From positions 1 through 56,563 of the forward strand of contig JBOHZO010000159.1 in the NCBI GenBank assembly GCA_050738555.1: a stretch of 56,563 bases of DNA, written 5' to 3'. Of the stretch, positions 1 to 6,953 are shown piece after piece. Source of the DNA: Steroidobacteraceae bacterium (GTDB lineage Bacteria > Pseudomonadota > Gammaproteobacteria > Steroidobacterales > Steroidobacteraceae). The translations under genes were made by a program, and so were the position numbers. The number at the start of each line of letters is the position of its first letter. Position 1 is the first letter of the stretch. Under the pieces are notes generated by a model that was given only the letters and a program-made list of their open reading frames with translations, did not search any database and had not been told where the DNA came from.

Positions 1-318
1 GCGCACGGCCGACCAACCAAGCGGTCCCTCGGTCGCGACGTAGACCGCATCCGGGCGCCACGCAGCGAATTCCCGCCTGAGCGCGCGGCCCGCCGGGAAG
101 CCGAAGCGAAGGCCGGGATACTTCGGCAGCGCGGCGCCGGCGACGAGCAGTTCGCGAATCGGCCGCGCCGGCGGGAGCGTCGAAACACCGGGCTGACGCG
201 GCCGCACCAGCTGCAGGTCATGGCCGTCTTCCACCATTCGCGAGACGAGCGTCTGCACGGTCAATGAAACGCCGTTGACTTCGGGCGGATAGGTTTCGGT
301 GATGACCGCAATGCGCAT
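1..318 (-). CDS. Glycosyltransferase family 4 (GT-B fold), N-terminal 106 codons; gene runs off the left edge
   Basis: Reverse-strand translation from ATG (revcomp of cat 316-318): MRIAVITETYPPEVNGVSLTVQTLVSRMVEDGHDLQLVRP..., a typical GT4 N-terminus. Open through position 1. Absent from the ORF track because it is truncated. Confidence 0.7.
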   Translation of the reverse strand, partial: MRIAVITETYPPEVNGVSLTVQTLVSRMVEDGHDLQLVRPRQPGVSTLPPARPIRELLVAGAALPKYPGLRFGFPAGRALRREFAAWRPDAVYVATEGPLGWSAVR

Positions 319-421
319 GAGGCTCCCCTGGGGCGGCGCCATTGTCGAAACCGTGCATGGCAGCGGGATTGCCGCTCCGTGACGCTTTGATGAAGGCCGC
401 GGATCCCGCGGCATCGAGGGC

Positions 422-1342
422 TTAGCGGCGGTCCAACCAGGCGTCCGGTGTCGGAAAGGCCGCCGCTTCTTCCCGGAGCCACGTACGCAGTGCAAGGACC
501 ATCGGCAGGTCGACGTACGAAGGGGGGCAGACGAACCAGTACTTGAATCGCGAGGGCACGATCGTCTTGCTCGCGAGCTTCAGGCGCCCGGCGATGAGGT
601 CGTGGGCGGCGATCGACCAACGCGCGGGCGCGTAACCGAGCCCCTCGATCACCGCCGACAGCACGCTGACGGAATCGTCGATGATCGTCGGCCCGGCGGG
701 CCAGGGTGTCGGCGCCGTATTCTTCTCGAACCGGGCCCAGGGCTCGTCGCGGGCCTGGAGCATCGGAATCCCCTGCAGGCTATCGCGATCGTCGATCGAG
801 CCGTGGCGTTTGAAGAGCTCCGGCGAGGCGACGACCACCAGCCATTCGTCCATGAGCTTGTCGTGTTCGAGGCCCGGCGTGACGCCCTCGCCGAGCCGGA
901 CCGCGGCATGAAAATCGCTGCGTGCGAAATCCACTGCCTCGCGCGACGTGTGCCAGTCAACGCGGAGATCCGGAAATCGCGCATGCAGCCGATGCAGCCG
1001 TGGTGTCAGCCATTTCTGCATCAGCGATGAGAGCGTGCTGACGTTGATGATGCCGCTCGCGCGCTGCATCCGCGTTTCGCGCAGGATCGCGACGAGCGAA
1101 TCGAGCCCGGACTGCACGCCGGGCAGCATTTTTGCGCCTTCCGGCGTCAACTCGACCTTGCGGCCGCTCCTTCGCAACACCGGTATTTGCAGGTAATCCT
1201 CGAGCGCCTTGATCTGCTGCGAAACCGCGGCCGGCGTCACGTTCAGCGCTTCCGCGGCCTCGGAAAAACTGAGGCGCGTGGCGACCGCCTCGAACACGCG
1301 AAGCGCGTTGAGCGGCAATCGGCCATAGGCGGAAGCGGCCAA
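422..1342 (-). CDS. LysR-family transcriptional regulator (GcvA-like)
   Basis: 306-aa ORF with TTG start. N-terminal HTH LPLNALRVFEAVATRLSFSEAAEALNVTPAAVSQQIKALE, followed by a LysR substrate-binding domain. Confidence 0.9.
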   Translation of the reverse strand: MAASAYGRLPLNALRVFEAVATRLSFSEAAEALNVTPAAVSQQIKALEDYLQIPVLRRSGRKVELTPEGAKMLPGVQSGLDSLVAILRETRMQRASGIINVSTLSSLMQKWLTPRLHRLHARFPDLRVDWHTSREAVDFARSDFHAAVRLGEGVTPGLEHDKLMDEWLVVVASPELFKRHGSIDDRDSLQGIPMLQARDEPWARFEKNTAPTPWPAGPTIIDDSVSVLSAVIEGLGYAPARWSIAAHDLIAGRLKLASKTIVPSRFKYWFVCPPSYVDLPMVLALRTWLREEAAAFPTPDAWLDRR

Positions 1343-1351
1343 AAGTTTCCC

Positions 1352-1370
1352 TTAATCGAGCTTGAGTTAA
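1352..1370. promoter_or_regulatory. Candidate LysR-type T-N11-A operator (TTAA-N11-TTAA)
   Basis: ttaaTCGAGCTTGAGttaa lies 10-28 bp upstream of the LysR start codon. This is the classical position for an autoregulatory site. Confidence 0.35.
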
Positions 1371-1465
1371 TGCGTTTGTTCGGAAGTCACCGGCACTTCA
1401 AAGTCTAGCCCGAACCGGGACGGAAGGGCGTAGTGCCCGCTCCGCCCGAACCCAGGAGAAAGGAC

Positions 1466-1684
1466 ATGAACGGACGTTTACAGGGTTTTCTGAGCTTTTT
1501 GGACCTGCTGGCCGAGGGCCAGCGCCGCCAGGCCGAAGTGGTCACGGGCCGTCGTTTCGAAGCGGCGCCCGGACTCCAGCCTGCCGTGGAACCCGCCAAG
1601 GTGGACAAGTTTCCCTTAACCGGCCATCAGAAAGCGCATTTGTTCCAGCCGGCCCCGAAGTCCAGAGTCTCATACAAGCATTGA
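1466..1684 (+). CDS. Hypothetical small protein (72 aa), doubtful
   Basis: Internal ATG of ORF 1433..1684, preceded by caGGAGAaaGGac. No recognisable domain. Divergent from the LysR gene. Confidence 0.25.
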   Translation: MNGRLQGFLSFLDLLAEGQRRQAEVVTGRRFEAAPGLQPAVEPAKVDKFPLTGHQKAHLFQPAPKSRVSYKH

Positions 1685-1733
1685 TTGTCGATTTTCATCA
1701 ACCCGATACGACTACTGACGAAGGAGAACTGAA

Positions 1734-1919
1734 ATGAGCACTTATTCGACGGTTCGCAATACGAGCTTCGCCACGATCCTCGTGGCAACGCTGGCCGGGA
1801 TCGTGAGCAACGGCCTGGCGCTCGACCAGAGGGTCGTCTACGAGCGCGATGTGCCGGGCGCCGCTGCGGTGGCGGTCCTGCCGGAGATCGTAGTCACTGC
1901 CACTCGGCTTGAGACGTGA
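1734..1919 (+). CDS. Small membrane-anchored protein (61 aa) with a TonB-dependent-receptor-like N-terminal motif (EIVVTATR)
   Basis: Strong RBS GAAGGAG 8 nt upstream of the ATG. Hydrophobic segment FATILVATLAGIV, then LPEIVVTATRLET, which resembles the plug-start/TonB-box region of TBDRs. Confidence 0.45.
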   Translation: MSTYSTVRNTSFATILVATLAGIVSNGLALDQRVVYERDVPGAAAVAVLPEIVVTATRLET

Positions 1920-1931
1920 TCGCCGTATACG

Positions 1932-2030
1932 GTGCCGGGCCACAGGTTCGCAGTCATTGAAGGTCAATCGTGCCGCTGCCTTCCTCCCCTCCAGCGCGCG
2001 AACGATGACTGCGAACCTGTGGCCCGGCAC
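1932..2030. repeat. Perfect 26-bp inverted repeat (arms 1932-1957 and 2005-2030) with a 47-nt spacer
   Basis: gtgccgggccacaggttcgcagtcat ... atgactgcgaacctgtggcccggcac are exact reverse complements. The repeat lies between the small ORF stop (1919) and the rhomboid start (2048). Confidence 0.9.
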
Positions 2031-2047
2031 TTCCTTACAATCGGCGG

Positions 2048-2827
2048 ATGTTTCCGATCCGGGATGACAATCCGCACTTCCTCACTCCGTACGCCACTTA
2101 CGGCCTGATCGCCGCGAATGTCGCGGCGTGGATCCTGCTGCAGGGCTTCGGGACCGAGCCGGCTCTCTCCGCATCGGTTTGCCGGCTGGGGCTGATACCG
2201 GGCGACCTCCTGCAATCGGTTCCCGCCGGAACGAGTTTCCCGATCGGACCGGCGACGGCCTGCGTGCTCGGCGAAGGCGCGTCCTGGCACACCGTGCTCA
2301 GCTCCATGTTCCTGCACGGCAGCTGGCTCCACCTGATCGGCAACATGTGGTTCCTGTGGATCTTCGGCAACAACGTCGAAGACGCCATGGGCCACCTGCG
2401 TTTCGTCCTTTTCTACCTGCTGTGCGGTTTCGCCGCATCAATGCTTCAAACGGCAACCGATCCGGATTCCGTGATCCCTATGGTCGGCGCCTCCGGCGCG
2501 ATCGGCGGCGTGATGGGCGCCTATGTCCTGATGTATCCGCGGGTGCACGTGCACCTGTTCGTCTTTCTGGGTTTCTACGCCACGACGATGGCCGTGCCGG
2601 CCGTGTTCATGCTCGGCTACTGGTTCGTGCTCCAGCTGCTGAGTGGCTGGACATCCTTCGGCGCGGAGGGCGGCGGCGTCGCTTTCTGGGCGCATGTCGG
2701 CGGATTCGTCGCCGGCGCGGCCCTCAGCCTGTTGTTCCGCAATCGGAAACTACTCGCGCGGCATCCCTATTACGGCTGGAAGCAGCACGGCTCGCCGACG
2801 GAGAGTTGGCATCGTGTCCGGCGCTGA
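2048..2827 (+). CDS. Rhomboid-family intramembrane serine protease
   Basis: 259 aa, multi-TM. Has the catalytic GASGAIGGVMGAY and downstream HVGGFVAG motifs typical of GlpG-like rhomboids. Confidence 0.9.
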   Translation: MFPIRDDNPHFLTPYATYGLIAANVAAWILLQGFGTEPALSASVCRLGLIPGDLLQSVPAGTSFPIGPATACVLGEGASWHTVLSSMFLHGSWLHLIGNMWFLWIFGNNVEDAMGHLRFVLFYLLCGFAASMLQTATDPDSVIPMVGASGAIGGVMGAYVLMYPRVHVHLFVFLGFYATTMAVPAVFMLGYWFVLQLLSGWTSFGAEGGGVAFWAHVGGFVAGAALSLLFRNRKLLARHPYYGWKQHGSPTESWHRVRR

Positions 2828-2922
2828 TCGGTGCGCGGTCCGGATAGCGCCGCTGCGAACCGTGGCTCGGCCCCCCGTCAACGACCGTTCGTCGTGTCGC
2901 CGGCCATTCTGTCAATAACGCG

Positions 2923-2951
2923 TTGACGCCCTTCCAAGGCGTCGCAAGAAT
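2923..2951 (+). promoter_or_regulatory. Sigma70-like promoter (TTGACG-17 bp-AAGAAT) driving the riboswitch leader
   Basis: -35 ttgacg at 2923-2928, 17-bp spacer, -10 aagaat at 2946-2951. The predicted TSS is about 2958, just before the aptamer. Confidence 0.45.
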
Positions 2952-2961
2952 GCATTGGAGT

Positions 2962-3049
2962 TGAAAGAGGCAAACCCATCGAAAGATGGGGACGCAAAGC
3001 CACCGGTCTACCGACGGAAACGTCCACGACAGCGGGGTCGCCAACGAAC
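2962..3049 (+). promoter_or_regulatory. c-di-GMP-I (GEMM-I) riboswitch aptamer
   Basis: GGCAAACC-CAUCGAAAGAUGG-GGACGCAAAGCC-ACCGG...GACGGAAACGUC...AGCGGGGUCGCC matches, block for block, the V. cholerae Vc2 aptamer as I recall it (GGCAAACCAUUCGAAAGAGUGGGACGCAAAGCCUCCGG...AGCGGGGUUACC). This includes the GAAA tetraloop hairpin and the ACGCAAAGCC core. Confidence 0.85.
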
Positions 3050-3168
3050 GGTGTGATCACTCCGGCCAGCGGGCCGGCCCGCCGTCCCCGCCGACATTCC
3101 ACCGGCACTCCTGGCTCACTGCGTCTTCGCAGCACGCGCATACCCGCGCATCCGATCGACAGGAGGTC

Positions 3169-3690
3169 ATGAAAATGTCCAGATTCCCGTTCTTCACCCC
3201 GCGGTTGCGGTTCGCGGCAGCGACGAGCGCCTTGATGCTCGCCATGCCGGGCGCAGCCAAAGCCGGACCCAGCACGGCTGAAACCGGCGCCTGCCTCGAG
3301 GACGCCAGCACGGTGCGTGCCTGCTCCGACAAGGAGCTGTCAAATGTCGTCCTGCAATGCGGCGACGAGTCCGGGTCGTTCTTCGTCAAGTACGATGAAC
3401 TCGACGACGGCACATACGAAGGGCTGACGAACCCTTACGAGGGTGCCTTCGCCTGTCCGGAAGGAGAGGTCATTGCAGTCTTCGTCAAGTCGGGCAGGAA
3501 TCATTACGACGGACCAGCGATCGAGGGCCTGCCGCCGGGCAGCGGCGCGTCGTGGTCACCGCTAGCCTGCGGAGCCGAGGCAGCGGGGTGCCCGTCGGAC
3601 GGTGACGAGGGTGGTGGCGACGAGGGTGGCGGCGACGAGGGCGGTGGCGACGAAAATGGAGGCGATGAAAGCAACGTGATCGCGGACTAG
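3169..3690 (+). CDS. Secreted Cys-rich protein with acidic C-terminal (GDEGG)n repeats; function unknown
   Basis: ATG at 3169, 3 nt after a consensus RBS AGGAGG (3161-3166). Signal peptide MKMSRFPFFTPRLRFAAATSALMLAMPGAAKA, 8 Cys, tail DGDEGGGDEGGGDEGGGDENGGDES. The longer ORF-track start (2986) would run through the riboswitch. Confidence 0.75.
   Translation: MKMSRFPFFTPRLRFAAATSALMLAMPGAAKAGPSTAETGACLEDASTVRACSDKELSNVVLQCGDESGSFFVKYDELDDGTYEGLTNPYEGAFACPEGEVIAVFVKSGRNHYDGPAIEGLPPGSGASWSPLACGAEAAGCPSDGDEGGGDEGGGDEGGGDENGGDESNVIAD
3601..3672 (+). repeat. 15-nt in-frame tandem repeat, about 4.8 copies (ggYgacgagggYggY)
   Basis: ggtgacgagggtggt / ggcgacgagggtggc / ggcgacgagggcggt / ggcgacgaaaatgga / ggcgatgaaagc, encoding GDEGG units. 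Confidence 0.9.
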
Positions 3691-3703
3691 CTGCTGTTCA
3701 AGT

Positions 3704-3764
3704 CCTCGACGTGGCCGCGGACTCGATCGAGCTCCTCGGCCACGTCCATTTCTGAACGAAGATC
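3704..3764 (-). pseudogene. Decayed duplicate of an internal yicC segment (about 60 bp)
   Basis: 3704-3764 aligns with yicC coding positions 3971-4032 at roughly 80% identity with one 1-nt indel. It would encode ..MDVAEELDRVRGHVE.. versus the genuine ..MDVAEELDRLRSHVE.. Confidence 0.6.
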
Positions 3765-3785
3765 ATGCCGCTCATGCACGCGGTA

Positions 3786-4655
3786 TCACTCGACATTCTG
3801 AATCTGTTCCCGCATCTGCTCGATCAGGACCTTGAGTTCGACCGCCTTGCGCGTCGTCTCGACGTCCTGCGACTTCGATGAGAGCGTGTTCGCCTCGCGG
3901 TTGAACTCCTGCATCAGGAAATCGAGCTTGCGGCCGACCGCCTCGCCGGAGGCGATGGTCGAAGTCAGCTCCTCGACGTGACTCCGCAGCCGATCGAGCT
4001 CCTCGGCGACATCCATCTTCTGTACCAGGATCGCGATCTCCTGCTCCAGCCGTTCCGGATTCGTGCCCTCCGCGCCCAAGGCGACCAGCCGTTCCTGCAG
4101 CTTCGCCCGGATCCGCGCCTGGACGTCGGGCAATCGGGCCACGACTTCGTCCGCGATCGCCCGCACCTGGGCGGCGCGGGACGAGAGCATCTGCGCGATG
4201 CGCTCGCCTTCTCCTGCGCGGGACGTCGTGAATGCGGCCAGTGCTTCCCCGAGCAGATCCATTGCCGCCGCCGCGAGCGGCGCCGAATCCCGCTCGGCCT
4301 CGCGCACGACGCCCGGCCAGCGCAGGAGATCGGCAGCGTCGATTCGGCCGGCGTCTCCGAGGCGGCGTTGTACCGCGGCGGCACTCTCGATCAATCGGTC
4401 GAGCAGGGCGTCATCGAGCGACAATTCGCGGCCGCCCGCGGCGGACGGGCGGAAATAGAACGCTGCATCGACTTTGCCGCGCCGCGCGACCGTGCCAATG
4501 GCGCGGCGGAATTCTGCTTCCGAACCACGCAATTCGTCCGGCAGCCGCAGGCTGATCTCGAGGAAGCGGTGATTGACGCTGCGGACTTCCCAGGCGAGGA
4601 GCCCGGCCGCCGTCGCCCGCTCGGAGCGCGCGAAGCCTGTCATGCTTCTCAGCAT
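3786..4655 (-). CDS. yicC: YicC-family stress-induced protein
   Basis: Start chosen at MLRSMTGFARSE (E. coli YicC starts MIRSMTAYARRE), giving 289 aa. The C-terminal DUF1732-like helix has the FNREANTLSSKS motif. The ORF-track N-terminal extension was rejected. Confidence 0.9.
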   Translation of the reverse strand: MLRSMTGFARSERATAAGLLAWEVRSVNHRFLEISLRLPDELRGSEAEFRRAIGTVARRGKVDAAFYFRPSAAGGRELSLDDALLDRLIESAAAVQRRLGDAGRIDAADLLRWPGVVREAERDSAPLAAAAMDLLGEALAAFTTSRAGEGERIAQMLSSRAAQVRAIADEVVARLPDVQARIRAKLQERLVALGAEGTNPERLEQEIAILVQKMDVAEELDRLRSHVEELTSTIASGEAVGRKLDFLMQEFNREANTLSSKSQDVETTRKAVELKVLIEQMREQIQNVE

Positions 4656-4749
4656 CGATTTGGCGCCCCCGGGATGCGGCACAGGCCGGTGATGTAAGCT
4701 CTGCGGCAGTTTAGCAGGGGGCGGCGGCCATCGGACCGCCGGAAGCCGC

Positions 4750-5496
4750 GTGGAAATCGAGTTCGCCGAGGTCAGCCTGACCGGCGATCGCGAAGACAAT
4801 CAGGATCGCGCCGCGGTCGCGTCAGGCGACGGCGCTGCGATGCTCGTCGTCATGGACGGCATGGGCGGCCACGCCTACGGCGCGCGCGCCGCTGAAACCG
4901 GCTGCAAGGTGATTCTCGAGATGTTTCGCGCCGAATCAAAACCCTTGTTCGATCCGCTGGGATTCCTTCACCTGGCGCTCGGGAGCGCGCACGCCGCGGT
5001 CGTGGCGATCGGCACCAAGCTGGCGCTGGACCTGCGGCCGCGCGCCACCTGCGCGATTTGCCTGGTGCAGCGCAATGAAGCCTGGTGGGCGCATGTCGGC
5101 GACAGCCGCATTTATCACTTGCGGGGCGGCGCGGTGATCGCGCGCACGCGGGACCACAGCCACGTCGAACAGTTGCTGCGCGAAGGATCGATCCGCGAAG
5201 AGGAAGTGCCCGGCCATCCGATGCGCAATTTCGTGGAATGCTGCATCGGCGGCGAGTCGGCTCTGCCCGAGATGTCGATTTCCGGGCGCCAGCCGCTCGA
5301 GGACGGGGACGTGCTCATGGTCTGCACCGATGGCGTCTGGGCGAACCTGAAGGACGGCGAAATCGCCGGGATCCTGCGGCCAAACGGCGTGGGAGGCTGC
5401 CAGCCCGCGCTCGAGCAGCTCGCCGAGCGCGCGATAGCCGCGTCCACGCCGCACAGCGACAATGCCTCGGCCGCCAGCCTGATCTGGCGCCACTGA
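4750..5496 (+). CDS. PP2C-family Ser/Thr protein phosphatase
   Basis: 248 aa, GTG start. Motifs GDREDNQD, VVMDGMGGH and VCTDGV are typical of PPM/PP2C. Confidence 0.85.
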   Translation: MEIEFAEVSLTGDREDNQDRAAVASGDGAAMLVVMDGMGGHAYGARAAETGCKVILEMFRAESKPLFDPLGFLHLALGSAHAAVVAIGTKLALDLRPRATCAICLVQRNEAWWAHVGDSRIYHLRGGAVIARTRDHSHVEQLLREGSIREEEVPGHPMRNFVECCIGGESALPEMSISGRQPLEDGDVLMVCTDGVWANLKDGEIAGILRPNGVGGCQPALEQLAERAIAASTPHSDNASAASLIWRH

Positions 5497-5515
5497 ACGG
5501 GCAAGGTGATCCCTG

Positions 5516-6244
5516 ATGCGTAACGGCGGCCGCGCAGCCGATCAACTGCGACCCGTGCGTTTCACGCGCCGCTATACCTCGCACGCGGAGGGCTCGGTGC
5601 TCTGCGAGTTCGGCGCGACGCGTGTGCTCTGCACCGCGAGCGTGGAGAACGGCGTGCCGGCGTTCCTGCGGAACAGCGGCCGCGGCTGGCTGACGGCGGA
5701 ATACGGCATGTTGCCGCGCGCCACCCACACGCGCAGCGCGCGCGAAGCGGCGCGCGGCAAGCAGGCGGGACGCACGCAGGAAATCCAGCGGCTGATCGGT
5801 CGCTCGCTTCGCGCCTGCATCGATCTCGGCGCGATCGGCGAGCGCACGATCACGATCGACTGCGACGTGCTCCAGGCGGACGGCGGCACGCGCACCGCCG
5901 GCATCACGGGCGGCTACGTCGCGCTCGCGGACGCGGTGGACACCCTCATCGAGCGGCGTGTTCTTCCGGCGAATCCGCTGCACGGCCAGATCGCCGCGAT
6001 CTCCGTCGGCATCGTCGGAGGCGAGCCGATCCTCGATCTCGACTATGCCGAGGATGTCGAGGCCGAGACCGACATGAATGTGGTGATGAATTCCGGCGGC
6101 GCCTTCATCGAGGTGCAGGGGACGGCGGAGGGCCATGCCTTCCGGCGCGAGGAGCTCGACGCGATGCTGAATCTCGCGGCGACCGGCACGGCGCGGCTCT
6201 TCGGCCTGCAGCTCGAGGCGCGGGAGGAGAAAAAGGGGACGTGA
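5516..6244 (+). CDS. rph: Ribonuclease PH
   Basis: 242 aa. RAADQLRPV...AEGSVL..FG.T.VLCTAS...[14 protein letters not shown] is a canonical RNase PH signature. The last codons (AAAAAGGGGACGTGA) form a copy of the dispersed repeat core. Confidence 0.95.
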   Translation: MRNGGRAADQLRPVRFTRRYTSHAEGSVLCEFGATRVLCTASVENGVPAFLRNSGRGWLTAEYGMLPRATHTRSAREAARGKQAGRTQEIQRLIGRSLRACIDLGAIGERTITIDCDVLQADGGTRTAGITGGYVALADAVDTLIERRVLPANPLHGQIAAISVGIVGGEPILDLDYAEDVEAETDMNVVMNSGGAFIEVQGTAEGHAFRREELDAMLNLAATGTARLFGLQLEAREEKKGT

Positions 6245-6329
6245 TTAAAGGGGACGTTCACCTTCAGCCTCTGCACGTCGTCAAAAGGGGAGTTTGTCTT
6301 TAGGGGCTGAAGGTGAACGTCCCCTTTAA
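6245..6329. repeat. Dispersed palindromic repeat, locus 1: perfect 25-bp inverted repeat with a 35-nt spacer
   Basis: ttaaaggggacgttcaccttcagcc (6245-6269) and ggctgaaggtgaacgtcccctttaa (6305-6329). An extra half-copy aaaggggacg lies at 6232-6241 inside the rph 3' end. Confidence 0.9.
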
Positions 6330-6942
6330 TCCCTTCTTCTCCTCCCGCCGTGTCGTGCTCGCGACCGGCAATGCCGGCAAGCTCGGGGAAATGCGCGCGA
6401 TCCTCGCCGATCACGGGCTCGAGGTCGTCGCGCAATCGGAATTCGGAATCACGCCGCCGGTCGAGGATGGCGACAGTTTCGTCGCGAACGCGCTCCTGAA
6501 AGCGCGCCACGCGGCGGCGATCACCGGCCTTCCGGCCATTGCCGACGATTCGGGACTCGAGGTGGACACACTCGGCGGGCGTCCGGGACTGCACACCGCG
6601 CGCTATGCGGGTCCGCAAGGCGATGACCGCGCGAACAACGACCGGCTGCTCGCCGAGCTGGACGGCGTTTCAGCCGCGGAACGCGGCGCCCGCTATCGCT
6701 GCGCGATGGTATTCGTGCGAAACGCCGCGGATCCTGTCCCGGTCGTCGCGGAAGCCTCGTGGGAAGGCCGCATCGGCTTTGAGCGCCGCGGCGCAGGCGG
6801 CTTTGGCTACGACCCGCTCTTCATCGTCGCCGGCGGCAGCCTCACCGCCGCGGAACTGCCGCCGGCGGACAAGAATCGCGTCAGCCACCGGGGACAGGCG
6901 CTGGCCGCGCTGGCGGCCCGCATGAAAGCCGCCGGCTGGTAA
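6313..6942 (+). CDS. rdgB: dITP/XTP pyrophosphatase RdgB (Ham1 family); start uncertain
   Basis: VVLATGNAGKLGEMRAIL... aligns with E. coli RdgB (VVLATGNVGKVRE). The ORF-track GTG start (6313) lies inside the repeat arm. An alternative GTG at 6353 gives MLATGNAGK. Confidence 0.88.
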   Translation: MNVPFNPFFSSRRVVLATGNAGKLGEMRAILADHGLEVVAQSEFGITPPVEDGDSFVANALLKARHAAAITGLPAIADDSGLEVDTLGGRPGLHTARYAGPQGDDRANNDRLLAELDGVSAAERGARYRCAMVFVRNAADPVPVVAEASWEGRIGFERRGAGGFGYDPLFIVAGGSLTAAELPPADKNRVSHRGQALAALAARMKAAGW

Positions 6943-6953
6943 CGCCCTGCCGA

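Noticed and set aside
261-620. 119-aa minus-strand ORF spanning the glycosyltransferase/LysR junction
   Set aside because: It is out of frame with both flanking genes and overlaps the LysR 3' end. The product is Arg/Pro-rich with no RBS.
2986-3168. N-terminal extension of the secreted-protein ORF (track start 2986)
   Set aside because: The extension runs through the c-di-GMP riboswitch aptamer. A consensus AGGAGG RBS and a signal peptide begin at 3169.
4656-4799. N-terminal extensions of yicC (to 4799), gltA (from 9902), hemE (from 23509), tesA (to 31713), the PQQ dehydrogenase (to 36734) and the ACAD (from 47793)
   Set aside because: The conserved family N-termini, RBSs or signal peptides sit at internal start codons. 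The extensions overlap neighbouring genes or regulatory DNA.
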